This document shows, piece by piece, positions 39,286-49,020 of a stretch of 64,000 nt of DNA. The DNA lies in the NCBI GenBank assembly GCA_022844485.1, contig JALHLQ010000003.1, forward strand, positions 41,921-105,920, written 5' to 3'. The stretch comes from Xanthobacteraceae bacterium. GTDB lineage: Bacteria; Pseudomonadota; Alphaproteobacteria; Rhizobiales; Xanthobacteraceae. Numbering within the stretch: position 1 is the first letter of the stretch; each line of letters begins with the position of its first letter. The position numbers and the translations under genes are program-made. The notes beneath the pieces are model-generated. The model saw nothing but the letters and a program-made list of their open reading frames with translations. It had not been told where the DNA came from and did no database searches.

Positions 39286-39672
39286 ATGAGCGACATCGAA
39301 TACCTCCGTTCCAACGCCGTGCTGCCGCCTGAGCTTCCATTTTCCGACGGCGTGCGCGTCGGCGATCTTATCATCCTTTCGGGGCAGGTCGGCATCCGGC
39401 CCGGGACGCTCGAACTGGTGGCGGGCGGGATCGAGCTTCAAACCCGGCAGACCTTTGAGAACTTGCGCCTGACCCTCGAGCGCCACGGCTTGAGTCTGCG
39501 CGACGTCGTGCGCGTGCAAGTCATGCTGGCCGACATGGCCGATTGGCCGAGCTTCAACGCAATCTATCGAGAGTTCTTTTCCGAGCCCTGGCCCGCGCGC
39601 AGCGCGTTTGGCGCGAACGGCCTTGCCCTTGGCGCGCGCGTTGAAGTCGAAGTGTTTGCCGCGAGACGCTGA
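39286..39672 (+). CDS. RidA/YjgF family protein
   Basis: LSGQVG, FNAIYREFF..PWPARS, VEVE. Confidence 0.93.
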   Translation: MSDIEYLRSNAVLPPELPFSDGVRVGDLIILSGQVGIRPGTLELVAGGIELQTRQTFENLRLTLERHGLSLRDVVRVQVMLADMADWPSFNAIYREFFSEPWPARSAFGANGLALGARVEVEVFAARR

Positions 39673-40386
39673 TTACTCTGCTGCCTGGAGCAGCGGGTCT
39701 TGGCGTCCGATCCAATGGTCGAGAAACGCCGCGAGCCAATTCCGATTGGCGTAATCGTAAGCGGCGCGATCCTGAAAATGCGTCGGCCTCGGCCTGGCGC
39801 CCGGCAGCGAGAGCCGCTCATGCCCGCGCGTGGTCCAGCGGCACATGATCGCGTGCGTCACCTCGGGATGGAACTGAAGCGCATAGGCACTGCCGAACCG
39901 AAAGGCCTGGACCGGGAACGTATCGCCCTCGGCGAGCACTTCTCCGCCGGCAGGCGGATCAAACCCTTCCCGATGCCACTGATAGACCTGCTCCGGCCAG
40001 GCGCAACAGACCTCGCGGCCAATCGGCGTCGGACGGATCGGGTAATAGCCGATCTCGGCCCGTCCCCCGGGATGCGGATAGACGCGGGCGCCCAAGTGTC
40101 GCGCCAACATCTGCGCACCGAGACAGACGCCGAGAAATGGTTTTTGCTCGGCGAGGGGAACCGCGAGCCATTCGATCTCCTGCCGAATGTATCCGTCTTC
40201 ATCATTGGCGCTCATCGGACCGCCGAAGATGACGACGCCGACATGCTCCTCAAGCGAGGGCGGCAGCGCGTCCCCGAAGCGGGGGCGGCGAACGTCGAGC
40301 GTGTATCCTCGCGATCTGAGCGCGTGCCCGATGCGACCGGCGGTCGAGTGCTCCTGGTGGAGAATGATGAGGATCGGATCGGACAT
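39673..40386 (-). CDS. Class I glutamine amidotransferase-like protein
   Basis: GGPMSAND, LGVCLGAQM nucleophile elbow, QFHPE. Confidence 0.92.
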   Translation of the reverse strand: MSDPILIILHQEHSTAGRIGHALRSRGYTLDVRRPRFGDALPPSLEEHVGVVIFGGPMSANDEDGYIRQEIEWLAVPLAEQKPFLGVCLGAQMLARHLGARVYPHPGGRAEIGYYPIRPTPIGREVCCAWPEQVYQWHREGFDPPAGGEVLAEGDTFPVQAFRFGSAYALQFHPEVTHAIMCRWTTRGHERLSLPGARPRPTHFQDRAAYDYANRNWLAAFLDHWIGRQDPLLQAAE

Positions 40387-40463
40387 CGAATTGCTGGAGC
40401 TGTGCGAATGGCGCGAACGGATATAAGGATATAAGGAAACCACTAGCCGGTTAACGACGGATT

Positions 40464-41291
40464 TCAAGCCCGCGGGGATGGTTTACGTGGCCAAATGGAA
40501 TCCTTCGAATTGCGCCGACCCTGGGATTGCATGACCGCCCATCGTAGAATCCCCCGGGGGACAAAGCGCGGTACCCAGGAGACCAATTTTGTCCCGGTAC
40601 CGGGTACGATGAGCGCGCGCCCGGCCATCAGCCCTTGATAGGCTTCCGCGGCGACCCGCTCCGGCGCCACGTCCAGCATCCGCGGCAGTTCTCCCGGCCT
40701 GATGCCCGCGCGCGCCTGAAAACCGGTCGGGACCGGACCTGGGCAAAGCGCGGTGACGCGGACACCCTTGGCTTTCATCTCCTCGTGCAGCGCTTCGGTG
40801 AACGACAGCACATAAGCCTTGGTGGCGTAATAGACCGCCATGCCGGGCCCGGGCATAAACCCGGCCAACGAGGCGACGTTGAGGATTCCGCCCTGATGAC
40901 GGGCGATGCTATCGCTCCAGCGGAGCGACAAATCCGTGAGGGCCCGCACGTTGAGATCGATCATCGCGAGCTGTTCGCCGCGATCGAGCTCGGTCGCCTG
41001 CCCGATCAAGCCGAAGCCTGCATTGTTGACGACGAATTGCGGCTCGAGGCCTCGCCCCAGGAGTTCATGGGCGATGCGCGCGGGCGCATCGGCGCGCAAC
41101 AGGTCGACCAGGAGCACATGCGGGCGGACTTTCGTGCGCAGGGCCAGTTCGGACGCGAGCAGCGTCATCTCCTGCTCGCGCCGCGCGACCATCGCGACCT
41201 CGTGCCCATGCTCGGCAAAAACGCGCACGAGCGCGGAACCGATGCCGGAGGACGCGCCGGTGACGATCGTGACCGGCTTGAAGATGGACAT
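40464..41291 (-). CDS. Short-chain dehydrogenase/reductase
   Basis: TGASSGIG, VNNAGFG, YYATK. Confidence 0.93.
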   Translation of the reverse strand: MSIFKPVTIVTGASSGIGSALVRVFAEHGHEVAMVARREQEMTLLASELALRTKVRPHVLLVDLLRADAPARIAHELLGRGLEPQFVVNNAGFGLIGQATELDRGEQLAMIDLNVRALTDLSLRWSDSIARHQGGILNVASLAGFMPGPGMAVYYATKAYVLSFTEALHEEMKAKGVRVTALCPGPVPTGFQARAGIRPGELPRMLDVAPERVAAEAYQGLMAGRALIVPGTGTKLVSWVPRFVPRGILRWAVMQSQGRRNSKDSIWPRKPSPRA

Positions 41292-41317
41292 GGGCGCTCC
41301 CGATTGTGTGTCGCGAC

Positions 41318-41785
41318 CTATTCGCCGGCGTCGGCTTGCGCAGCCGCCACTTGCCGCCTGATCTCCACGCGATGGCGCGAAGGCACGTGCAGAAGATCGG
41401 CGACGCGCCAGACGAGATTGTCTTCGAATTCGTTGACGCGGCCGTCGACCAGCACGACCTGCCACAGCATCTCAACCATCCGGCGGCGGCCTGCGTCGTC
41501 CAGCACGCGATCGAGCAGACTCGTGAAGCGATGAAGGTCTACGGCTTCGCGCTCTGCGTCCATCGCCTCCGCGATCAGCTCACTGGCCGCTTCCTGGTCC
41601 AGCTTGAACCGATCCATCAACACTGCTTGCAGCTTCTCGCGTTCGGAATCCGCGACCGAGCCGTCGATCGTCGTGGCGTGCACCAAAAGCGCGGCCGAGG
41701 CCAGACGATAGTCATTGTCGTCGAAACGCTCGGCCTTGGAGCCGTCGGTGAGTTCGGCAAGGAGGGACTTCAGTGCCGCCAGCAT
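41318..41785 (-). CDS. TerB family protein
   Basis: AALLVHATTIDGSVADSE, DLHRFTS, VDGRVNEFEDNLVWRVADLL. Confidence 0.9.
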   Translation of the reverse strand: MLAALKSLLAELTDGSKAERFDDNDYRLASAALLVHATTIDGSVADSEREKLQAVLMDRFKLDQEAASELIAEAMDAEREAVDLHRFTSLLDRVLDDAGRRRMVEMLWQVVLVDGRVNEFEDNLVWRVADLLHVPSRHRVEIRRQVAAAQADAGE

Positions 41786-41949
41786 CGGGATGTCCAGGCG
41801 TGAACGATCTTCCCGCTTCGCACGTCCGGCTGGGCGAGTAAAGCGCACCCGCCGCATGGGTGACCGGACATGGAGAGCGCGCGCGGCCTTGCCAGACCGG
41901 CCGGCGAAGTGAAACCCGGTTCGCCGCAAGAACCCAAACAAAACCCGCT

Positions 41950-42606
41950 CTAGGCGGAGCGCAGCGTCGGTCCAACGCGCAGATACGCCGAGTGTACGTG
42001 CTCATGCATCAGGGCGGCGGCGCTGTCGGCCTCGCCCTGTTCCATCGCGCTCAGAATCGCCGCGTGCTCCTGCCAGACCTTGCGCGACAGATCCGGATAG
42101 CGCAGCACCTCCCGCATGGTCCGCCGCAAGTGATGCCAGTTCAGCCGCATGGTCTCGGCGATCAGGAGATTTCCGGAAAGTTCGTAGACGAACGAGTGGA
42201 ACTCGATGTCGGCCTGCACGAGCGCCCGCCCGTCGCCGGTTTTCAGCACCTCGTTGCCGCGCGCGATCAGGGCGCGGCCTCGCGCCGCGGCCTCGGCCGT
42301 CATGCGCGCAACGGCAAGCCGTACCGCCAAGGGCTCGATCGCGGTGCGGAACTGGTAGATCGCCTCGAAGTGGTTTGGATCGAGCGGGGCGACGGCGACC
42401 CCGCGCCGTCCCACGTCGCGCACGAATCCCTGCGCTTTCAGGACCAGCAGCGCGTTATTGATCGGTTGGCGCGAGACATTCAGGCGCTCCGCGATGTCGG
42501 CCTGCGTCAGCCGCTCCCCGGGTTTCAGCGTGCCGTCGCCGATTGCGTCGAGAATGGTTTCGTAGGCCTGCTCGACCAGCGTTCTTGGATTGACGAGAGA
42601 TTCCAC
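41950..42606 (-). CDS. GntR/FCD transcriptional regulator
   Basis: LKPGERLTQADIAERLNVSRQPI HTH; DIEFH and QEHAAIL FCD motifs; divergent from the mutase operon. Confidence 0.94.
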   Translation of the reverse strand: MESLVNPRTLVEQAYETILDAIGDGTLKPGERLTQADIAERLNVSRQPINNALLVLKAQGFVRDVGRRGVAVAPLDPNHFEAIYQFRTAIEPLAVRLAVARMTAEAAARGRALIARGNEVLKTGDGRALVQADIEFHSFVYELSGNLLIAETMRLNWHHLRRTMREVLRYPDLSRKVWQEHAAILSAMEQGEADSAAALMHEHVHSAYLRVGPTLRSA

Positions 42607-42651
42607 GAGTGCCCCTGGTTGCTGGGAAGCGCCCCTTGACCGGGATGCCCC

Positions 42652-42674
42652 TATAGAATACAGAATACCGTATG
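42652..42674. promoter_or_regulatory. Candidate GntR operator
   Basis: AT-rich TATAGAATACAGAATACCGTATG with AGAATAC direct repeat in the 90-bp divergent intergenic region. Confidence 0.4.
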
Positions 42675-42696
42675 TCGAGAGAGAAGGAAAGCGCTA

Positions 42697-43104
42697 ATGG
42701 ATGCCCCAATTCGCGTTCTGCTCGCCAAGGTCGGTCTCGACGGCCATGACCGTGGCGTGAAGGTTGTCGCCCGCGCCCTGCGCGACGCGGGCATGGACGT
42801 GATCTACACGGGGCTCCACCGGACGCCCGACGAGGTCGTCACCGCCGCGATCCAGGAAGACGTCGACGTTCTTGGAATCAGTCTGCTTTCCGGCGTGCAG
42901 ATGACGGTGTTTCCGAAAATCTTCGACAAGCTGAAACGGGAGGGTGCAGACGACATGATCGTCGTCGCGGGCGGCGTCATGCCGGACGAGGACGTGGCCG
43001 CCCTCAAAAAACTCGGCGTCGCCGAAGTCATGCTGCAGGACACGCCGCCGCAGGCGATTGTCGATCGGCTGCGGCAACTCGTGAATGAACGCGGGGCGAG
43101 GTAG
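42697..43104 (+). CDS. hcmB: Acyl-CoA mutase small (cobalamin-binding) subunit, HcmB-like
   Basis: KVGLDGHDRG DxHxxG motif, GISLLSG, AGGV. Confidence 0.85.
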   Translation: MDAPIRVLLAKVGLDGHDRGVKVVARALRDAGMDVIYTGLHRTPDEVVTAAIQEDVDVLGISLLSGVQMTVFPKIFDKLKREGADDMIVVAGGVMPDEDVAALKKLGVAEVMLQDTPPQAIVDRLRQLVNERGAR

Positions 43105-43107
43105 GGC

Positions 43108-44832
43108 GTGCCGCAACTGCCCGCCGACGACAGCGTTGCCGCGGCGATTGCCGGCCTTTTGCGCGCGCGCGGCGTCGAGCGGGTGTTCGCCTTGTGCGGC
43201 GGGCACATCATGCCGCTCTGGATGCACATCGACGCGGCAGGCATTCCGATCGTCGACGTGCGTGACGAGCGCGCGGCCGTGCATATGGCGCAAGCGCACG
43301 CCGACGTCACGGGGAGGCTGGGCGTCGCGCTTGTGACCGCCGGGCCCGGCGTCACCAACGCCATGACCGGCATTGCCAATGCGTTTGTGTCGCGCGCGCC
43401 GGTGCTGATCCTCTCGGGCGCCCCGCCGCGCGCGCAGATTGGCCGCGGTGCGCTGCAGGACCTTGATCATTCGCGACTCGTTGCGTCGATCACGCGCTAC
43501 GCTCGCACGATCGCCGAACCCTCGCTCGCGATTCGTGAGCTCGACGAGGCGATTGCCTGCGCCTTCGGCGACGGCGGCGAACCCGGACCGGTCTTTCTCG
43601 ATTTTCCTGTCGACGTCCTGCGGGCTCCCGCCACGCTTGCGAGCGAGGAGCATCGGCGCGCGAAACCGCGCCCTGCCCTTGCGCCGAGCGAGGCGGAGGT
43701 GGCGCGCGCCGTTGAATTGATCTGGTCGGCCAGGCGGCCTTTGGTGGTTTCCGGACGCGGCGCGCGCGGCGCCGGCCGTGAACTCGCGCAGTTCCTCGAT
43801 CGGACCGGCGCGCTCTACCTCGACACCGGAGAGAGCCGCGGGCTCATCGCCGACGATCACCCCTCCGTCGTCGCTTCGATGCGCGGCGCCGTGATGGGGG
43901 AGGCCGATCTCGTCGTCACCATTGGCCGGCGGCTCGATTTTCAGCTCGCCTACGGCTCGCCGGCCGTGTTCGGCGAGGCGAAATTCGTCCGCATCGCCGA
44001 TGCGCCCTCGGAGCTGCGCGACAACCGCCGCGGCGCGGCGGAAATCTTCGCCTCGCCGGCCCTCGCTCTCTCGGCCATGGTGGCGAACGCCGCGAACCGC
44101 TTGCCGGCGCTCGATCAGGCCTGGATCGACCGGATGCGGACGGGACACAGGGAGCGCGTCACGAAACTGCGGCAATCGATGGCGGCCGCGCCGGCGGACC
44201 GCGACGGGCGCATGCATCCGAACCGGCTGCTCGCCGCCATTCAGGACAAGCTCGGACCTGACGCGATCGTCGTCACCGACGGCGGCGATTTCCTGAGCTT
44301 TGCCCGCGTGGGTTTGTCGGCGCCGACCATGCTCGATCCCGGTCCCTTCGGCTGCATCGGCGTCGGCCTGCCCTATGGCATCGCCGCGAGCATGGCCTGC
44401 CCCGATCGTCCGGTCGTCGTGGCGACCGGGGACGGCGCCTTCGGCTTCAACGCCATCGAGCTGGATACCGCCGTCCGCCACCGCGCGCCGGTCGTCGTCG
44501 TGGTCGCCAACAATGGCGCCTGGCAGATCGAAGTGCACGATCAGACCGTCACCTATGGCAAGGTCGTCGGGACCAGGCTGCAGTTTGCCGATCACGCGGC
44601 CATGGCGCGCGCCTTCGGCATGTATGCGGAGCGAATCGAAAGCCCGGACGATCTGCCCGCCGCGCTCGACCGCGCCTTTGCCAATCGCCCCGCTTTGCTC
44701 GACGTGGTGGTGACGACCGACGCCGTGTCCTCCGACGCCAAGTCGGGCCTGGCCTGGGTTCCTGATTTGCAGCCGCTGGCCGCCTGGGACGAGGCCGAAC
44801 GGCGGTGGCGCGCGGCGGGTGCAAGACAATGA
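43108..44832 (+). CDS. ThDP-dependent enzyme, 2-hydroxyacyl-CoA lyase-like
   Basis: LCGGHI, RDE catalytic Glu, TAGPGVTN, GDGAFGF...NNGAWQIE ThDP motif; C-terminal SSDAKSGLAWVPDLQPLAAWDEAE. Confidence 0.8.
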   Translation: MPQLPADDSVAAAIAGLLRARGVERVFALCGGHIMPLWMHIDAAGIPIVDVRDERAAVHMAQAHADVTGRLGVALVTAGPGVTNAMTGIANAFVSRAPVLILSGAPPRAQIGRGALQDLDHSRLVASITRYARTIAEPSLAIRELDEAIACAFGDGGEPGPVFLDFPVDVLRAPATLASEEHRRAKPRPALAPSEAEVARAVELIWSARRPLVVSGRGARGAGRELAQFLDRTGALYLDTGESRGLIADDHPSVVASMRGAVMGEADLVVTIGRRLDFQLAYGSPAVFGEAKFVRIADAPSELRDNRRGAAEIFASPALALSAMVANAANRLPALDQAWIDRMRTGHRERVTKLRQSMAAAPADRDGRMHPNRLLAAIQDKLGPDAIVVTDGGDFLSFARVGLSAPTMLDPGPFGCIGVGLPYGIAASMACPDRPVVVATGDGAFGFNAIELDTAVRHRAPVVVVVANNGAWQIEVHDQTVTYGKVVGTRLQFADHAAMARAFGMYAERIESPDDLPAALDRAFANRPALLDVVVTTDAVSSDAKSGLAWVPDLQPLAAWDEAERRWRAAGARQ

Positions 44833-44845
44833 CGCTCAGGAGAGC

Positions 44846-46279
44846 ATGATGGAATCGTGGTCTTTTCCCCCGGCCTATGATGACGGCTACATGCCTCCGC
44901 ACGACAGCCGCTATTGGTTTCCGGTGCGCGAAACCATGCCGGCCGCGGAGCGCGAACGCGCGATCCTCGAACGGCTCAAGCTCGTTTGCGATTACGCCTA
45001 CAAGCATGCGCCGTTCTACAAGAGAAAATGGGACGAGGCCGGGTTCCATCCGAGCCAACTCAAATCGCTGGAGGATTTCGAGAGCCGCGTGCCGGTGGTG
45101 ACGAAGAAGGACTTGCGGGAATCGCAAACGCGCAATCCGCCTTTCGGCGATTATCTGTGCGTCCCGGAGGCAGAGGTTTTTCACATCCACGGCACCAGCG
45201 GCACGACTGGTCGGCCGACCGCTTTCGCCATCGGCCGCAGTGACTGGAATGCGATCGCCAATGCGCATGCGCGCATCATGTGGGGCATGGGCATGCGCCC
45301 CGGCGACACGATCTGCATCGCCGCGATCTTTTCCCTCTACATGGGAAGCTGGGGCGCTCTCGCCGGCGCCGAGCGGCTGCGCGCAAAAGCCTTTCCCTTC
45401 GGCGCCGGCGCACCCGGCATGTCGGCGCGCTGCGCGCAATGGCTCGACCTGGTCAAGCCGAAGGGCTTTTATGGCACGCCGACCTACGCGCTGCACCTCG
45501 CGCAGGTCGCGCAGGACGAAGGACTCGACCCGCGCAATTTCGGCCTCCAATTCATGTTCTTTTCCGGCGAGCCGGGCGCGTCCATCCCCGCCGTGCGCGA
45601 CAAGATCGAGCATCTCTACGGCGCCAAGGTGTACGATTGCGGCTCGATGGCCGAGATGACCCCATTCATGAACGTCGCGGGGACGCGCGAGACCGACGGC
45701 ATGCTGTGCTGGCAGGACGTGATCTACACGGAAGTCTGTGATCCCAAGACCATGCATCGCGTCGCCTATGGCGAACGCGGGACGCCGGTCTACACTCACC
45801 TCGAGCGCACCTCGCAACCGATGATCCGGCTGCTTTCCGGCGACCTGTCGTTGTGGACCAATGAACCGAACCCTTGCGGGCGCACTTATCCGCGCCTCCC
45901 TCAGGGCATTTTCGGCCGCATCGACGACATGTTCACGATCCGGGGCGAGAACGTCTATCCAAGCGAAATCGACTCGGCGCTGAACGAGATCAAGAACTAC
46001 GGCGGCGAGCACCGCATCGTCATCAGCCGCGAGTCCAGCATGGACGAGCTGCTCTTGCGCGTGGAGGCAGATGCGGACACCTTTGGAAAAGGCGGCGAGG
46101 CAGTGAGCCGCTTCCGCGACGAGGTCGGACGCAAGGTGCAGAAGGTATTGGGCTTGCGGACGCTGGTTGAGGTGGTCGAGCCGAATTCGCTTCCGCGCAC
46201 GGATTTCAAGGCCCGCCGCGTGATCGACGACCGCGCCGTCTTCCGCGACATGCATCGACAGTTGGAGAGCGCGCGGTGA
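44846..46279 (+). CDS. Phenylacetate-CoA-ligase-family enzyme, probable 2-hydroxyisobutyrate-CoA ligase
   Basis: GTSGTTGRP P-loop, SLYMGSWG, SGEPG, GRIDDMFTIRGENVYPS; AGGAG RBS before ATG 44846. Confidence 0.85.
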   Translation: MMESWSFPPAYDDGYMPPHDSRYWFPVRETMPAAERERAILERLKLVCDYAYKHAPFYKRKWDEAGFHPSQLKSLEDFESRVPVVTKKDLRESQTRNPPFGDYLCVPEAEVFHIHGTSGTTGRPTAFAIGRSDWNAIANAHARIMWGMGMRPGDTICIAAIFSLYMGSWGALAGAERLRAKAFPFGAGAPGMSARCAQWLDLVKPKGFYGTPTYALHLAQVAQDEGLDPRNFGLQFMFFSGEPGASIPAVRDKIEHLYGAKVYDCGSMAEMTPFMNVAGTRETDGMLCWQDVIYTEVCDPKTMHRVAYGERGTPVYTHLERTSQPMIRLLSGDLSLWTNEPNPCGRTYPRLPQGIFGRIDDMFTIRGENVYPSEIDSALNEIKNYGGEHRIVISRESSMDELLLRVEADADTFGKGGEAVSRFRDEVGRKVQKVLGLRTLVEVVEPNSLPRTDFKARRVIDDRAVFRDMHRQLESAR

Positions 46280-46295
46280 CCGAAGGCGCAGAACG

Positions 46296-47303
46296 ATGAA
46301 ACGCTTTGTTCCCTCGCTGGCGCTTGTCGAGCGCGTGCAGAATGGCGAGGCGGCCGCCGTGGCGCGGTTGATCTCGCGCGCGGAAACCGGAACCGACGAG
46401 GCGCGAACGGCCTTGGCGCGCATCTACAAGCTGGCCGGACGCGCGCATGTCATCGGCATCACCGGCGTGCCGGGCTCGGGCAAGTCGACGCTCGTCGGCA
46501 AGCTTGCGCAAAAGATGCGCGCCCGCGCCCACAAGATCGGCATCGTGGCGATCGATCCCTCGAGCCCCTATTCGGGCGGCGCGATTCTGGGCGACCGCAT
46601 CCGCATGACCGAGCTCGCCATGGATCCCGGCATCTATATCCGCTCGATGGCGACGCGCGGCGCGATCGGGGGCATGGCGCGCGCGGCGCTCGACGCCGTC
46701 GACATCCTCGACGTCGCGGGCTTCGACACGATCATTATCGAGACCGTCGGCGTCGGCCAGGACGAGGTCGAGATCGCGCGCGCCTCGCATACGACCGTCG
46801 TGGTGTCGGCGCCCGGCTTGGGCGACGAGATTCAGGCCATCAAGGCCGGCATTCTGGAGATTGCAGACGTTCACGTCGTCTCAAAATGCGACCGCAGCGA
46901 CGCCAACCGCACGCTCACCGATTTGAAGCAGATGCTGATGATCGGCATGATGAATGCGCCCAACCCGGACTGGACCGTGCCGGTGATCGGGACCAGCGCG
47001 GTCAATGACCAGGGGCTTGACGATTTGATTGAGGCGATCGCGAAGCACCGGCAGGTTGCGTTCGAGACCGAGACCGGCCGCGCACGCCGGCTCAGCGTCG
47101 CGCAGTTCCGGTTGCGCAAGACGGCCGAGAACCTGTTGCTGGAGCGCTTTGACCGCGCGGTGGCGAAACACGGGGCTCCGCTCGCAACCAAGCTCCAAAA
47201 CCGCGCCGCGGACCCCTATTCAGCCGCCGCCGAACTCCTCGAGGCCTCGTTTGAAACGGAAGACTGCCATGAACAAAATGCTCGATCCAAAATCGCTCGT
47301 TAG
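46296..47303 (+). CDS. meaB: Mutase-associated G-protein chaperone MeaB/MeaH
   Basis: GITGVPGSGKST, AIDPSSP..GGAILGDRIRM, IETVGVGQ, IQAIKAGILE. Confidence 0.95.
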   Translation: MKRFVPSLALVERVQNGEAAAVARLISRAETGTDEARTALARIYKLAGRAHVIGITGVPGSGKSTLVGKLAQKMRARAHKIGIVAIDPSSPYSGGAILGDRIRMTELAMDPGIYIRSMATRGAIGGMARAALDAVDILDVAGFDTIIIETVGVGQDEVEIARASHTTVVVSAPGLGDEIQAIKAGILEIADVHVVSKCDRSDANRTLTDLKQMLMIGMMNAPNPDWTVPVIGTSAVNDQGLDDLIEAIAKHRQVAFETETGRARRLSVAQFRLRKTAENLLLERFDRAVAKHGAPLATKLQNRAADPYSAAAELLEASFETEDCHEQNARSKIAR

Positions 47304-48960
47304 CCTGCGGGACGAGGTCGCGGCCTGGGAGGCGAACGAGGTCGCCGCTTTCCTGAAGAAACAGAAGGAGCGCCGCGAGCAATTCTTCACGACCGGCGAC
47401 ATTCCGGTAAAGCGCGTCTACACGGCGGCGGACATCGCCGACACGCCGATCGAGGACATCGGTCTCCCCGGCCGCTATCCCTTCACGCGCGGACCCTATC
47501 CGACGATGTATCGCAGCCGCGCCTGGACCATGCGCCAGATCGCGGGTTTCGGCACCGCCGAGGACACCAATCAGCGCTTCAAGTTTCTGATTGAGCAGGG
47601 TCAGACCGGGCTGTCGACCGACTTCGACATGCCGACGCTGATGGGCTACGATTCCGATCATCCGATGAGCGAGGGCGAGGTCGGGCGCGAGGGTGTCGCG
47701 ATCGACACGCTCGCCGACATGGAGCTTCTCTTCGAGGGCATCGATCTCGAGAGCATTTCCGTGTCGCTGACCATCAATCCGAGCGCCTGGATCCTGCTCG
47801 CGATGTATGTCGCGCTGGCCGAGAAGCGCGGACTCGACCTGAACAAGCTGTCGGGCACCATTCAAGCGGACATTCTCAAGGAATACATGGCGCAGAAGGA
47901 ATATTGTTTTCCGATCGCGCCCTCGGTCCGCATCGTGCGCGATTGCATCGTCTACTGCGCCAAGAACATGAAGCGCTACAACCCGATCAATTTATCGGGG
48001 TACCATATTTCGGAGGCGGGCTCCTCACCCGTTCAGGAAGTCGCGTTCACGCTGGCGAACCTCATCGTCTATGTGGAGGAGGTGACGAAGCTCGGCATCG
48101 ATGTCGACGAATTCGCGCCGCGTCTTGCCTTCTTTTTCGTGTCCCAGGGCGACTTTTTCGAAGAGATCGCGAAATTCCGCGCGGTGCGCCGCGCCTATGC
48201 CAAGATCATGAAGGAGCGTTTCGGCGCCAGGAACCCGGAATCGATGCGGCTGCGGTTCCACTGCCAGACCGCGGCGGCGACGCTGACCGCGCCGCAATAC
48301 CAGATCAACATCGTGCGCACCGCTCTGCAGGCGCTCTCCGCCGTGCTCGGCGGCTGCCAGTCGCTGCACACCAATGGCTACGACGAGGCCTTTGCCATCC
48401 CGACCGAGGACGCCATGCGGATGGCCTTGCGCACGCAGCAGATCATCGCGGATGAGACGAACGTCACGAACGTCGTCGATCCGCTTGGCGGTTCCTACTT
48501 CGTCGAGGCGCTGACGAACGAGTACGAGAAGCGGATATTCGAGATCCTCGACGAGGTGGACGCACGCGGCGGCACGATCAAGCTGATCCAGGAAGGCTGG
48601 TTCCAGAAACAGATCGCCGACTTCGCTTACGAAACGGCGCTGCGCAAGCAGTCGGGCGACAAGCCCGTGATCGGCGTCAACAAATACGTGATGGAGGAGG
48701 AGCATCACGACATCGAGGTGCATCCCTATGACCTGACCACGGCCGAGCGGCAGATCGCGCGCACCCGCCGCGTGCGCGCCGAGCGCAACGAGGCCAAAGT
48801 GCAGGCGCTGCTCGATAAACTCGTCGCCGTGGCGAGCGACGAGTCGCAGAACATCATGCCGGTGACCATCGAGCTGGTGCGCGAGGGCGCGACCATGGGC
48901 GATATCATCGAGAAGCTGAAGGGCCTGTGGGGAACGTACCGGGAGACCCCGGTATTCTGA
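47269..48960 (+). CDS. hcmA: 2-hydroxyisobutyryl-CoA mutase large subunit (HcmA-type)
   Basis: MCM-fold motifs with WTMRQIAGF (Ile in place of MCM Tyr89), LSTDFDMPT (Asp) and KEYMAQKE (Gln in place of Arg207). Confidence 0.88.
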   Translation: MNKMLDPKSLVSLRDEVAAWEANEVAAFLKKQKERREQFFTTGDIPVKRVYTAADIADTPIEDIGLPGRYPFTRGPYPTMYRSRAWTMRQIAGFGTAEDTNQRFKFLIEQGQTGLSTDFDMPTLMGYDSDHPMSEGEVGREGVAIDTLADMELLFEGIDLESISVSLTINPSAWILLAMYVALAEKRGLDLNKLSGTIQADILKEYMAQKEYCFPIAPSVRIVRDCIVYCAKNMKRYNPINLSGYHISEAGSSPVQEVAFTLANLIVYVEEVTKLGIDVDEFAPRLAFFFVSQGDFFEEIAKFRAVRRAYAKIMKERFGARNPESMRLRFHCQTAAATLTAPQYQINIVRTALQALSAVLGGCQSLHTNGYDEAFAIPTEDAMRMALRTQQIIADETNVTNVVDPLGGSYFVEALTNEYEKRIFEILDEVDARGGTIKLIQEGWFQKQIADFAYETALRKQSGDKPVIGVNKYVMEEEHHDIEVHPYDLTTAERQIARTRRVRAERNEAKVQALLDKLVAVASDESQNIMPVTIELVREGATMGDIIEKLKGLWGTYRETPVF

Positions 48961-49020
48961 TTCGGCCGCACGGTCTTTGCAGCCGTTGAACGCCGCGCCA
49001 TTCTACGTCAAGAGTTGAGC

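Noticed and set aside
40450..40467. Second CtrA box
   Set aside because: Only a GTTAAC half-site; the partner half does not match
42607..42696. Cobalamin riboswitch upstream of the mutase operon
   Set aside because: Spacer is only 90 bp and no B12-box was seen
43108..44832. Annotation as biosynthetic acetolactate synthase
   Set aside because: No small subunit or ilv context; acyl-CoA operon and lyase-like C-terminus fit better, though untested
47269..48960. Annotation as ordinary methylmalonyl-CoA mutase
   Set aside because: Lacks the Tyr89 and Arg207 equivalents needed to bind the substrate carboxylate; has Ile and Gln
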